Source of the DNA: Haliotis rubra
Lineage: Eukaryota
Assembly: GCF_003918875.1 (NCBI RefSeq)
Contig: NW_025767721.1
Location: 62,001-126,000, forward strand
DNA length: 64,000 nucleotides
Reading direction: 5' to 3'
The notes beneath the pieces are model-generated. The model did not search any database, had not been told where the DNA came from, and saw only the letters and a program-made list of their open reading frames with translations. A program made the position numbers and the translations under genes. Shown here one piece after another: positions 23,235-34,651 of this stretch (position 1 is its first letter; the number at the start of each line of letters is the position of its first letter).

Positions 23235-26200
23235 ATGGTCATCAACGTTTACTTCTTTACTCCACTGCTGGTCGGGCTTTGTTATGCGTCTCTACAGCCA
23301 GCTGTCAAGCACAACACAGAGAAGACCGAAATAACCCTGTCTTTTCCCTGTAAGTGTAAAACATACGATTATTCCACATAGAAATTTCTAGGGGTGGGTA
23401 TTGTAGAGAATTTTCATATTGCGATATATTGTGATGCGAAAGCATGTATTGCGTGAAGTATTTTTATACAAACAACTACTTATAATCGAGGTAATGCTTG
23501 ATTTATAGAGCAAATACACAGCAAAATCACTATGCTTGATTAAGCTTTAATAACAACTTTTATTCATGATTAAGAATAAAAATGTGAATAATATTTGGCC
23601 AAATGAAATAAGGAAATATCTTAAGATTTCCGAGTGTTACGAAGTTTTCCGAATGTCAAAATACCGGTTTTCGATCAGCGTATCGCAATACGTATCGTTT
23701 TCATGTCTGAACCGGTAAATACCGGTAAACCGGTTATATTGCGCAGCCCTAGTAATTTCAGTGTCAGTGGTTGCCCGGTTGTCTAGAGCGCCGCAGATCA
23801 CTGTGCTATGTTGTTCCTAATGCATAACTATGTGTAGGTCTTATACCCATTGTAGAAGGAATACTTATCCAGTGGGGTTCCAATTAATCTGCAGCAACCC
23901 ATGCTTGTCGTAAGCTGTGACTATCAGGATCAGGCTCGCTGTCATGGTTGATGGATGTCATTGGTTCTTTACACCACTGTTCTTATATTTAATGGGGCAC
24001 GATAACTCGCGGCGTTGTTGTTTCATGTCCGGAATGTACGCCCATGTACACTATAACTACATCCACTTCTTAATCAAAACGCGATAGCCGTATGGTCACG
24101 CCGAAGACTTGGGTTCGATTTCCCATGTGAGTACAGGGCCGCCTCCGTAGTGTAGTGCATAGGGCCGTGTCTCGCATAGAAACAGCATTAGAAAGACATA
24201 TAGGTGTATAGACCCAACCCTATTACTATATGAAAGGAAAGGGATGTAACGACAAAACCACCCTCTCCTCAATCAAAGTTAGATTTCACCATGTAAAATA
24301 TTTTTAAGGCCCCGCCGAGGCCTTCGAATCGAAAGCTAGATGATTTCCCTACAAAATGAGCAAAAATTGCCGATGATTTTATAGAAAATGCCTGCTTACT
24401 GTCGAGGAAATGATATGTAGATGTTGCAATCAGTTTTTAGACCCGTGGAATATGGCTGCCGATCGAATATATCCCTACATAGGTGCGGTCAACGTGGCTG
24501 GAATTAATTAACGAATTTAAATGTTGAGTTTTCGCTGTCTTGGCTGATACATGATTTTGGCTTGGAATTGTGGAGGTAGCTGTTTTCGGTGAGTTGTGGC
24601 GTATAACTTTGAAATAATGATCCGATTGTGACAATCTAGCTTTCGATTCGTAGGCCTCGGCGGGGCCTTAAAAATATTTTACGTGGTGAGGGTGGTTTCG
24701 TCGTTACATCCCTTTCCTTTTATATACACCTATTAGTCTTTCTAACGCTGTTTCTAAGCGAGAGACGCCCCTATGGTGTAGTGGTTAGAGCGTCCGCCTG
24801 GAGAGCGGGAGGTCGATCCCCGGCCGCGTCATACCAAAATACGTTAAAATATGCTACTTGTTGGTCCCTGCCTGGCGCTCAGCATTAATGGGTACAACAA
24901 GGACTGGTCGGCTCGGAGTCAGTATAATGTGTCTGAGTGGGGTATTCATGCTTAACTGCGGTATGGTATCTCAGTGAGCTAGCGCTATAAAACCAGCTTA
25001 AGTCTGCTGGTGGGCTAGTACAAGCATCCACACATACACACGCATGCATGTCGTCATATGAGCGAAATAGTCTTAGGTACGACGTTGAACCCCATTTCGC
25101 CTCACCTTACAATATGGGCAAAATGTGTGAAGACAATTTCTGGTGTCCCCCGCCGTGATAGTGCTGGAGTATTGCTAAAGTAGCGTAAAACTAAAATCAC
25201 TCACTTAATCAATACTCAATTGAACATGTATTACTTTGTTCACAAACACTTTACAGTCTGCATATGCATCAATCAATACTTTTACCACCTACACCAGCCC
25301 ATGACGTCCATTCTCACGTTACTTCTCCAATATAACATCACAGTTACGTTTGTTCAACTTTATCTGAATCACATACATATTGGTTTTCGAAAACAAATAA
25401 CATGTATTGTGAGCTTCTATTTTGGCAGATGTGGCTGGTGTTGATACGATTGACCTCTCGTATACACTCCATCTTCTGAAACAACATGTTCAGGCTTCTC
25501 ACTTGACCAACAGCGTCAGACTGCATAAACAAGGTGACTATAAACGTCTGACAATATATTGTGCTTATTACATTGTCTTGGATGATATGACAATACTAAT
25601 TGTTAATCGCGTGTAGCTGTTGCATGGGTATTCGTGTACAAATACACATTGTAAAGACCCGAGTTGTTTCTGAAACTTCTGATCCTTGGTCTTTCCATTA
25701 TTCTGTCACAAAGACAAATTCCTGTAGAAAGATGTCAAACAATTAGTAATTTGTTGCTTCTATTCTGTTTGCCAAAGGAAGGTTTTGGTCCATGAGTTTG
25801 CATCTGAAACATTTCTGTAATAAGGAGAAGAAAAGATTTTCATCTGAGGTTTGATCTTCTGATGTATACAGAAACATCTTTGTGTTGAATGCCAAAGGAA
25901 GGTTTTTGGTCCATGAGTTTGCAACTGAAACCTTTCTGTAATAAGGAGAAGAAAGAATTTTCATCTGAGATTTAATCTTCTGATTTATACAGAAACATCT
26001 TTGTGTTGAAAGCCAAAGGAAGGTTTTTGGTCCATGAGTTTGCAACTGAAACCTTTCTGTAATAAGGAGAAGAAAAGATTTTCATCTGAGGTTTAATCTT
26101 CTGATTTATACACAACGTCTTTCTTTTGAATGTCAAAGGGAGGTTTTCTTCAAGGTTTTGAGTTTGCAACTGAAATCGTTCTGTAAGGAGTAGAAATGGT

Positions 26201-29200
26201 ATTTACATCTGAAGTTTAAGGTTCTGATTTATTCAAAAGCGTTTTTATCCTGAATGCCAAAGGAAGATTTTGGTCCTCGCAGAAGGCACATTTACAAGGT
26301 CATAAATTGTGTTCTCAATGTGAGATAAGATAGTTTTGCTTGTGACACAAGAACACCATAGCCTTTGCAAGATTCCAGTGCACATCTGTCACTTTTCTCG
26401 TGGAAATTTTTTAGTGACTGCTTTGATGGTATCTCCATGTTTTTCAGGTGATGGATATTTCACCTACCGGATTCAAAGCAAGAGCGCATTCACTGACAAT
26501 GATGTGTTGGGCTATTCGGTTAAGTATTTATCTGCCACTGGAGATGTTATTGGTCAACTTAATGATGTGTACATCATCCCAGGTATGTACACCCATGGTT
26601 CATAGGCAAAGGTTTAGTGTTTCAAGCAAGCGTACAGTACTTATTGTACCGTACAACAATGGTTGAACAATGGTTGAACTGCATTATTCATAAATAATCA
26701 TATAAATATTATCACATATTAACATTTTTGGTTTTGGTTGGTTTTATGTTGTTTTAGTGTTCGTTTGTTGTTGCTATTTGAAAGGGGGATACATATGCAT
26801 CTGCAACCGGAGATATTCTGCATCAACATAATGATGTATACATTATATGTTATATTACACATATGTAAATCGGTGGTACATTTGTAACATTAAATGGTCA
26901 ATATCATATATCAAAACAATTTTTTTTTAAAGGGTATTTGATATTGATTTAAAACACCCCGTATTAAGTAATATTTTTATTTGATAACATTTCAAATTCT
27001 CTAATATGATTTGCGGGAGGGCATAATCTAAGGATCTGTGATACTCAGCGGGTATGTTCATATCTTTCATATCTCAGATTCTTCTCAATTAATGTCGGTA
27101 CGATGGGGTTCTGAAGTGGTGAAAGCGTTCCCTTGCTGAAGACCCGGGTTCGATTCTCCAAATGGGTACAATGTATGAAGCCCATTTCTAATGTCCACGT
27201 ATTGTTGCGTTAAACAGGGTTAACCACTCACTCTCACATATTTGTTGGTTGGTTTGCTGCTTAACGCCGCACTCAGCAATATTCCAGCTATATGTCGGCG
27301 GTCTGTAAGCAATCAGACAAGCCACGTGAATATCGATACATGCAACTGGGATACCATGGCATGGGTTAAAATTGGTCTTCAGTAGCCCATGCTTGTCCTA
27401 TGAGGCGTCAGGCTATTGAATTGGTTGACAGATTTCATTGTATCCCAACTTCGTAGATCGATGCTCATGATGCAGTCAATGTATTGTCTGGTCCAGGAAC
27501 GATATTTACAGACCACCTTTTTCTCGCTGGAACAGTGCTGAGAGTGGCGTAAAACAACAAACAAATACAAAACCAATAGTGAAATAATTTTAGGATTACG
27601 TGCTTTTTAAATTTTTTATATGTGATATTCTTGTTGTTACTGTCTTTTGTCGACTTTGTTTATATTTTTATCTAATTTTATGTGTCATGAAAATAATGTG
27701 ACGAAATATCCCTCTCTCACATTCACACATTTCATAATTCTGTTTCATATACCGACATTAGCTGCTTCATCGCTCGGCCCTCGATTGTACAGACGTGGAA
27801 CAACCGTTCTTTACGACGATTTTCACACTAATCATCTCGACAGCAACAAATGGAGACATGAAATAACTTGCTTTGGAGGAGGGGTAAGTTTTGCCACCAG
27901 TGTATCACTGCTTTACCTACCAGACCTAAAACCTAATAGTGAGTGAGTGAGTGAGTGAGTTTGGTTTTACGTCGCTTGTAGCAATACTCCAGCAATATCA
28001 CGGCGGTGGACACTCAGAAAAAAGGGCTTCACACATTTGTAGGGGAATCGAGCCCGGGGATTCGAATTCGGCGTGATGAGCGAACGCTTTAACTACCAGG
28101 CTACCCCATTGCCCTGAAACCTAACCCCGTGGAGGGTGACACCGCATTTAACACTATCCACGCCTTAGCAGAGACTGTAGCAAGAGATTTTGATTGAGAG
28201 GCTGTAGAACATTTAGTGTGACGGTCCACCGCTTTAGGAAGGGTACCAAGCGCCCTGACCCACTGTTGTGGGTGATTTCCTTATTGAAACCCAGATGGTA
28301 ATCCTCAAAAGAACTTACTGAAATCAGAAAATAACCAGTCAAGACTGATACATTATAAAAAATATATTGAAAAACGCAGTTTCAAAACAAGTGATACAAC
28401 AGGTCTTAAAACTCAAGGTTCAGAATTTCGGAAGAAAGATGGCTGTTATCATAGTTATGTATCGTAAAGATTCGCTCGAAGATACCATAAATATACATTA
28501 GTGAGTGAGTGAGTTTAGTTTTACGCCGCAGTCAGCAACATTCCAGCTATATGGCGGCGGTCTGTAACTAATCGAGTCTTGACCAGACAATCCAGTGATC
28601 AACAGCATAAGCATCAATCTGCGCAATTGGGAACCGATGACATGTGTCAACCAAGTCAGCGAGCCTGGCCACTCGATCCCGTTAGTCGCCTCTTACGACA
28701 AGCATGGGATACTGAAGATCAATTCTAACCCGGATCTTCACGGGTGTAAATAGACATTAGAACAATACAGATTATATTCAAACAGTACACAATATTATTT
28801 GTTACGATAATAAAGTTTATTGTTATTTTGTGTCATTCCAGGGTGGTCAGTTCCAGATGTACACACCGGAAGCTGCCAACACCTACATAAAAAATGGCGT
28901 CCTCTATCTCAGACCGGTAGTCGATCATTTTAGTAATAATTGGATTTCATTAATGATTGTGCCAAACTATTTTCTGTTTTAATGTATAACCTGAAGTGTT
29001 TATAATGTAAGGTTGATCATGTTAGTCTCGTTTGCGACAGGAAAGGTCGTATGTCAGAGTACAAACACCTGCAGTCATCATAGTAACTTGAAGCATAGTC
29101 TCGGGTACAGGTAAGATGGTAGGAGACCAGGTGCAGTTTTGTTGCTGGATGGATATAGGTATCTGAGACGAACTGCCAACAAGAATGGTACCATTCCATG

Positions 29201-32200
29201 GGGATGTCAATGCCTGAAAACAAAGTGTCCAGCCTCAGTCACTACAACAGCAGATGGGACTGTTGGCAGAAGAGGGGACAAACAACAAACACATCAACGT
29301 GACCAAAGCTCTATTGGTTCCTATGTCCTTACTAGTAATGTGAAAACACGGGCACGAGAAGAGCTAACAAGTGTACCAAAGCTCACTGTCAAAATTAGGA
29401 CAACTGGCTATATTAATTATAGAAGTGAGAAATTTCACTGTCAAACTTGGGACTGTCAAAATCGGGACAAAACCAATGTATCTGTGGCAATACTGCTTTC
29501 ATACTACAGGGCAGATCTAACAAATGTTTCAGAAGCAGCGCTACATTTGGGCAAATTTAATTTGTTGATGCCAGGATTAAATGTAGACGTAATTAGTAAT
29601 GTGTGCAAACCCACCTTACGTAATACGATGTTTGCGAGATTATTCCAACATTTTTCTCTTCAGACATACACTGTAGACAAATTTGGAGAAAACTTTCTTT
29701 ACCATGGGGATCTTGATGTTGCCAGTAAGTTGTCACTGTTTTTCTCGATTGAAAACAACTGTCATTTACAGAGCAATGGGGAACCAACCATGTCTTCTTA
29801 AATACGTCACGATACAATAACCTAGAAAATCTGGATCGTCAAGAATAGTGTTCCTCCTCCAGTACCTAACACAAGCAAAATTGCAAATTATCTAAGGATT
29901 CAGTAAAGTTCAGAGCTGGCTGTTACAAACTTAAACAAGTGTAGACAGGAGCAGGATGAAAGCCATTGATCATTGTTATGTCATTGAATGGGTCAGAAAT
30001 TCCTGTTTTCCAGTGGAATGAGGAACGTGCTACAGCAACAACGGATACCAGCGTCTGGGATCGAAGAATGAAATCCAAAAAGCAAATTTGCAAATTACCT
30101 TAAAGTTTAGAGCTGGCTGTTAATGTTGAACAAAGTGTAAACAGGAATAGGATGCAGTTGCAGTCTGTCATCGCATGTCATTGCATGTCTCAGAATTATA
30201 TGATTTCCAGAGCAATGGGGATCGTGCACATATTACAGTGACAACGGATGCCACCGTCTGGGATCGAAGAATGAAATCCCACCTATCATGTCATCTAAAC
30301 TCTATTCCAAGGCTTCCATCACCTACGGAAGAATAGAAGTCGTTGCACAGTTACCTAAAGGAGATTGGTTATGGCCAGGTGACTATTTTGGATTTTCCAT
30401 GGCATTATTGTTTCCTGAAATGTTTCCGATAATCACATGCAAGGTTTACAAAAAAATACTCTCTTAAAAGGTTTTTGTTGTCTTTAATAGTTAAGGTATA
30501 TACTAGAAACCATTCATGGTTCAGCTCATGAGTCGAAATTTCGAAACGAGACCTGGCCCTCAAAACAAACTTAAGTTTTTACTTGAAACAGCTGAATTTT
30601 GAACTCAGATGCAGTTTTTTAATAAAAAAAGCCCAAACAACTTAAGTATTCTATTCACCAAACTCAAACTGTCTACTATGTTTGAGTTTAATATCGATTT
30701 CAGTTCATTCTGGGAAATGCGTTTTCTCAAATTTACTTAAGTCAAAATTCAGACTTAAGTTTGTTTCGAGAAATCGGGCCCTGAACAATCAATGCCAATG
30801 TTTAAGCTAACAGTGAATGTTTGTTTGACACAACAAACTACTCCAAACGAAACATCACAGCTTGATCTATTCATTGAGGTTTAAAACTGTATTAGTTAAT
30901 CATTTTTACTAATCATCTAATGTTTACTAAAGCAATATGGATGCTTCCTCCTAAAAGGCCATGGAAATATGGCGGATGGCCAGCTTCCGGCGAGATAGAC
31001 ATTATGGAGGCTAGAGGTAAGTTATACTTTTCAGTATTACGACTCCAGTGTGATATGTTTACTTCAATCATAGATGTTTGAACGAGTTATGGTCAAACTC
31101 CCTCTGGATATACACGATGTGCCCCTGAGCTGTTACTCTATCAGTTAGTTTTGATAAGTTTCACATTATTAATTTTGTGTCATGATACATATAAACATAC
31201 TGTCATTAATTTGCGACCCCCTTAACATGAATTTTGAGTAAAAGTAAATATTCGAGATATGCGATATATTTTATTAGGGCTCTTAATTAGTCGAATTAAG
31301 TCAAAATGAGTTATGTTCCAGAATTAAATCGTGACGTGTTTTTGACCGATCGCTATGTGGCTACGGACGCACCGTTTATGTCCATGTCATTGTTTTAAAC
31401 GTCAGTAGGGTCCTGGACCATGAAAGGTACTATATTTGCATTTCAAAAGTAAAATCGGACATTTATCGGTAAACCATGTCATATTAACAATCAGAACACT
31501 ACTCAGATGAACGGCAACAGAAGGGTCCAAATATGTCACAGAGAAGAATAACAAACTGACTCTTGCTCAATTTCCCAATAGACAGGTAGATAGATCCTTC
31601 ATGCCCATATGCATCACATCTTATGTGACACCAACAACCTGTTCAACAAGTAAACGCCAGGGGATCATCTTATTGTTAGCAATAAGCGAAATCGAAACAG
31701 ATACTCCAACACGGCCAAATCCACAATCAATAGTCCTTGCAACAAACGCTTGCGGTGTCACTCATGCATTAAAATTCACAACGCGAGGTGACAACAGTTA
31801 CAGGTATATTTGATTTGTCTCAAAAGATTGATCCTGGAAACAAAATGGATTGATAGTCTTTCAGTTAACCGTGTTGTTCCAAATTGCATATGACTGCCGT
31901 TATTGCATAGTAACGTATGTTTCTTTTTAACACTGTTTGCCTAACACTGAAAATTTGATGTATGCAACTCTCTATCTTCCATCAACATACTAACTATAAA
32001 AAAGATCCAATTGTTTGGTAGAATATGTTGAACAGGTTTAAAGACTACCCACATTAATACATGTTGTATGTTGATGTCTTTAGAACACACAGTGTCCGTT
32101 CAACCATATGATAAAAGTTAAAATTTCAAGGAAAAAAATTCTTACAGGCACCAGTTGCTTTCCAGGTAGTTTGATGCCTCAGATAGTGGCAAGAAAACCT

Positions 32201-34317
32201 CTAGCTGTGACCGTAAGGAAACTGTCCAAGAGGTTGACGTGACACCTATTGTAAGCATCAGTTTCCAGTACTGCACAGTGGTGTTTCTTTTTAAACCCCT
32301 TACTGTTCACAGGCAACCTCAACCTGAAGGATAGCAGTGGTAATAACCATGGCGCCCAGAACTTCCGGTCTTCGCTCCACTGGGGTGTTTCCGGTCAGCA
32401 TCATAGTAAGGGATATGGAAGGTACATTTGTAGCTTCTTTGTCCTATTTATTTTCAATCCTTCACATATCACTAATTGTGTTGTACATGTTGTATTGAAC
32501 AAGTTCAGTCTGAGGCACGCATATCACCAAAAGGGCGTTTTATAGCCGTATGGACAAAGCATTGGCTTTTCACGCCGAGGGTTCGTGTTCGATTCCCCAC
32601 AAAGGTAAAACGTGTGAAGACCACTTATAGTGATATTGCTGCACATTGCGAAAGGCGGCGTAAAACCATTCGAACTCGATGATATCAGGTCCATTTCACG
32701 TTTCAACGTAAGCTGTCAGAGCATATATATCAATAATGATTTGGTAAAGCGCTGCAGTCGAAAGTATTCTATGACATCTCGTTTTACGCGCATTTTCACA
32801 CTCGACCTTCAACTGCAACTGTATAATACATTACCTTTGCTCATCAAGTTTGTTCATTGTTTGTGTCACGTTTTTCGTAAATTATGATTGTTCTTCTTCT
32901 GCCGTGGTACATGTTCATGGCTCCATCCAACACAAACACACCTGTGGAAATCGAATATGTTCAGACACCCTGATAACAAGTTATCGTTATGAATGAGTGG
33001 GTACTTCTAAACACTACTTTTGACATTATGTTAGTAATACGAGCTTCATGTGGGCTCTAACCCTATCTTAATCAATGCAGTCGAGGTTTAAAATGACAAT
33101 CTTCAATGATGCTTGCATTACATGTACCATAAATGGTCGGAATAGGATCTGAACCCATGTCCGATCACAATCATGGATGACGACTACAAATAAACAAATT
33201 GTTGCAACAATTTTTCGGTGTGTTCAGCAAGTTGTGTTTTTATGTTTGTGTTCTGTTTAACAGGGTAAGTGACCCTGGAACAGTATGGGCTGACCGCTAC
33301 CACACGTACTCCATTGACTGGACATCAGGTCACATAAGGTGGGAAGATATATGGCAAAAAGTTTTTATTGTTTTGTTTGTTAATTAACGCCGCAGTCAGC
33401 AATATTCCAGCTAAGTAGCGGCGGCCTTTAAAACAATCGAGTCTCGACCAGGCAATCCAGTGATCAACAGCATGATGTATCGATCTTTGCAATTGGGGTA
33501 CGATGACATGTGTTAACCAAGTCAGTGTCCCGTTAATCGCCTCTTACGACCAGCACGGGTTCCGGAAGATCAATTCTAACCTGGTTCTTCACGGGTTGAA
33601 CTAAAGGAACAACATCTAGTGTTTCGTTCTTAAACTGGGACAGCAGATATCTGGACATGTATGTTCTCCTGTACCAGACTATCTGTAGATGACCACCCGG
33701 TCTTGGCCTGGTCAACACCCTCCCAAGGCTTATGGGCATACAGTCACATGACCGGACACAACATCTGGGCCAGCGGGGGAAAAGATGCGCCTTTCGATGG
33801 ACCGGTAATTTGAATTTTCAAATATATTCATTTTGAGTGAAGGTAATGCATAAGAAAATAGGATTTTTGTTGGTCCTCATTTTAAATGTTGTATTGGTTC
33901 AGTTGTATAGGAAGGATCCGATGTTGTTGGGTATTCTGGTCAAGGGAACTTTAAACTCGTGATTAGTTATATGTTTCAATTCATAAACATTTTTCTTAAT
34001 GTATTGATAGCACCAGGCCATATTAAATAAAGACACTGTCGTTAATTCAAATCATCTGTGATTGATTTAAGCTTTTGGTTATCGGTGTGAAGACAATCGC
34101 CTTAACATTTATAGATGGGTCTCATCCTCAAGTAGCTGTCGGCGACAATAGCGTCTTCTTTTCTGATTCTTGGCATAACCCTAATGGAAAACCGTGGAAG
34201 AACGGATCGCCTACCTCCATGGTAGACTTCTGGAAGAACAGGCACCAGTGGCAGCCAACTTGGCATGGTGAAGACGCTGCCATGAAGATCAGGTCCGTCA
34301 AGATGATACAGTATTAG
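23235..34317 (+). CDS. GH16 endo-1,3-beta-glucanase (laminarinase)/LGBP-family gene A; 1-nt frameshift in the last exon (possible pseudogene or sequence error)
   Basis: Exons: 23235-23349, 25429-25533, 26448-26582, 27762-27883, 28842-28916, 29664-29724, 30211-30378, 30933-31016, 32313-32421, 33264-33338, 33678-33804, 34115-34317. Signal peptide MVINVYFFTPLLVGLCYA. Motifs: WRHEITCFGGGGGQFQMY, YGRIEVVAQLPKGDWLWPAIWMLP, YGGWPASGEIDIMEARGN (catalytic ExDxxE), YHTYSIDWT, APFD, KPWKN..FW...QWQPTW. About 459 aa if the frameshift is repaired. Confidence 0.93.
23389..23751 (-). mobile_element. hAT-type MITE, same family as 6530-7037, in glucanase intron 1
   Basis: taggggtgg...cagcccta ends; TSD gaaatttc/gtaatttc. 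Duplicate at ~55097-55460. Confidence 0.8.
24137..25110 (+). mobile_element. tRNA-derived SINE family 3 (Meta/MESC-like body) split by the MITE
   Basis: Head gccgcctccgtagtgtagtg resumes after the MITE at 24776; body matches 44078-44430. Confidence 0.8.
24158..24775. mobile_element. hAT-type MITE with long terminal inverted repeats
   Basis: cataggg...ccctatg ends, exact 8-bp TSD gtgtagtg, ~180-bp imperfect TIRs. Confidence 0.85.
25770..26270. repeat. ~121-bp tandem repeat, 4 units (3 units in the duplicate at 57629-58010)
   Basis: Unit starts gccaaagg at ~25771, 25891, 26012, 26131 and 26256. Confidence 0.9.
28502..28745 (-). mobile_element. Family 2 short retroposon, full length
   Basis: TSD taaata(t/g)acattag; head acccgtgaagatccgggttagaattgatcttcag. 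Duplicate at 60236-60479. Confidence 0.9.
29139..29390 (+). pseudogene. FLYWCH zinc-finger fragment of a decayed Mutator-like transposase (intronic)
   Basis: LLDGYRY...WGC...KCPASVTT...TH...VKTRAREE matches the FLYWCH pattern, with the first His lost. Duplicate at 60870. Confidence 0.65.
30553..30783. mobile_element. Probable PIF/Harbinger-type MITE remnant
   Basis: aaacaaacttaag ... cttaagtttgttt inverted repeat, with a gggccc terminus. Confidence 0.5.
33372..33596 (-). mobile_element. Family 2 short retroposon
   Basis: Match ending ttcttcacgggt. Confidence 0.8.
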
Positions 34318-34365
34318 ATTGCATCTGAGTGCGCGAGTACTTCTCACGGGGTTTCTTAGACCTTG

Positions 34366-34392
34366 AATAAAATTCATCTGTTACGGAATAAA
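34366..34392 (+). terminator. Candidate polyadenylation signals of glucanase A
   Basis: AATAAA at 34366 and 34387, 50-70 nt after the stop codon. Confidence 0.55.
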
Positions 34393-34651
34393 GTTATCAA
34401 ACTGGTCATCTGGTTAATACATGATTCTGGTGTTACAATATGTGTACAAGTGGTTGTCAGGGTTCCAGCTGATCGTTCATTCCTATGTGGTGAACTGTGA
34501 CCCGATAATAGTTCATTCGCATCACCTTTGGAAAACCATCTAGAAAAACCTTAAGGTTTAGTCCCCGATGCCCCCGAGAGGCGATAAACGGGACCGGCTA
34601 GTCGGGCTCTTTCTGACTTGGTAGACATATGCCATCGTATCACAAATGCGT

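Noticed and set aside
25743-26169. Minus-strand repetitive ORFs
   Set aside because: Products of the ~121-bp intronic VNTR.
29139-29801. 220-aa ORF as a standalone gene
   Set aside because: Chance read-through joining a FLYWCH transposon relic, intron sequence and glucanase exon 6; it has no ATG start.
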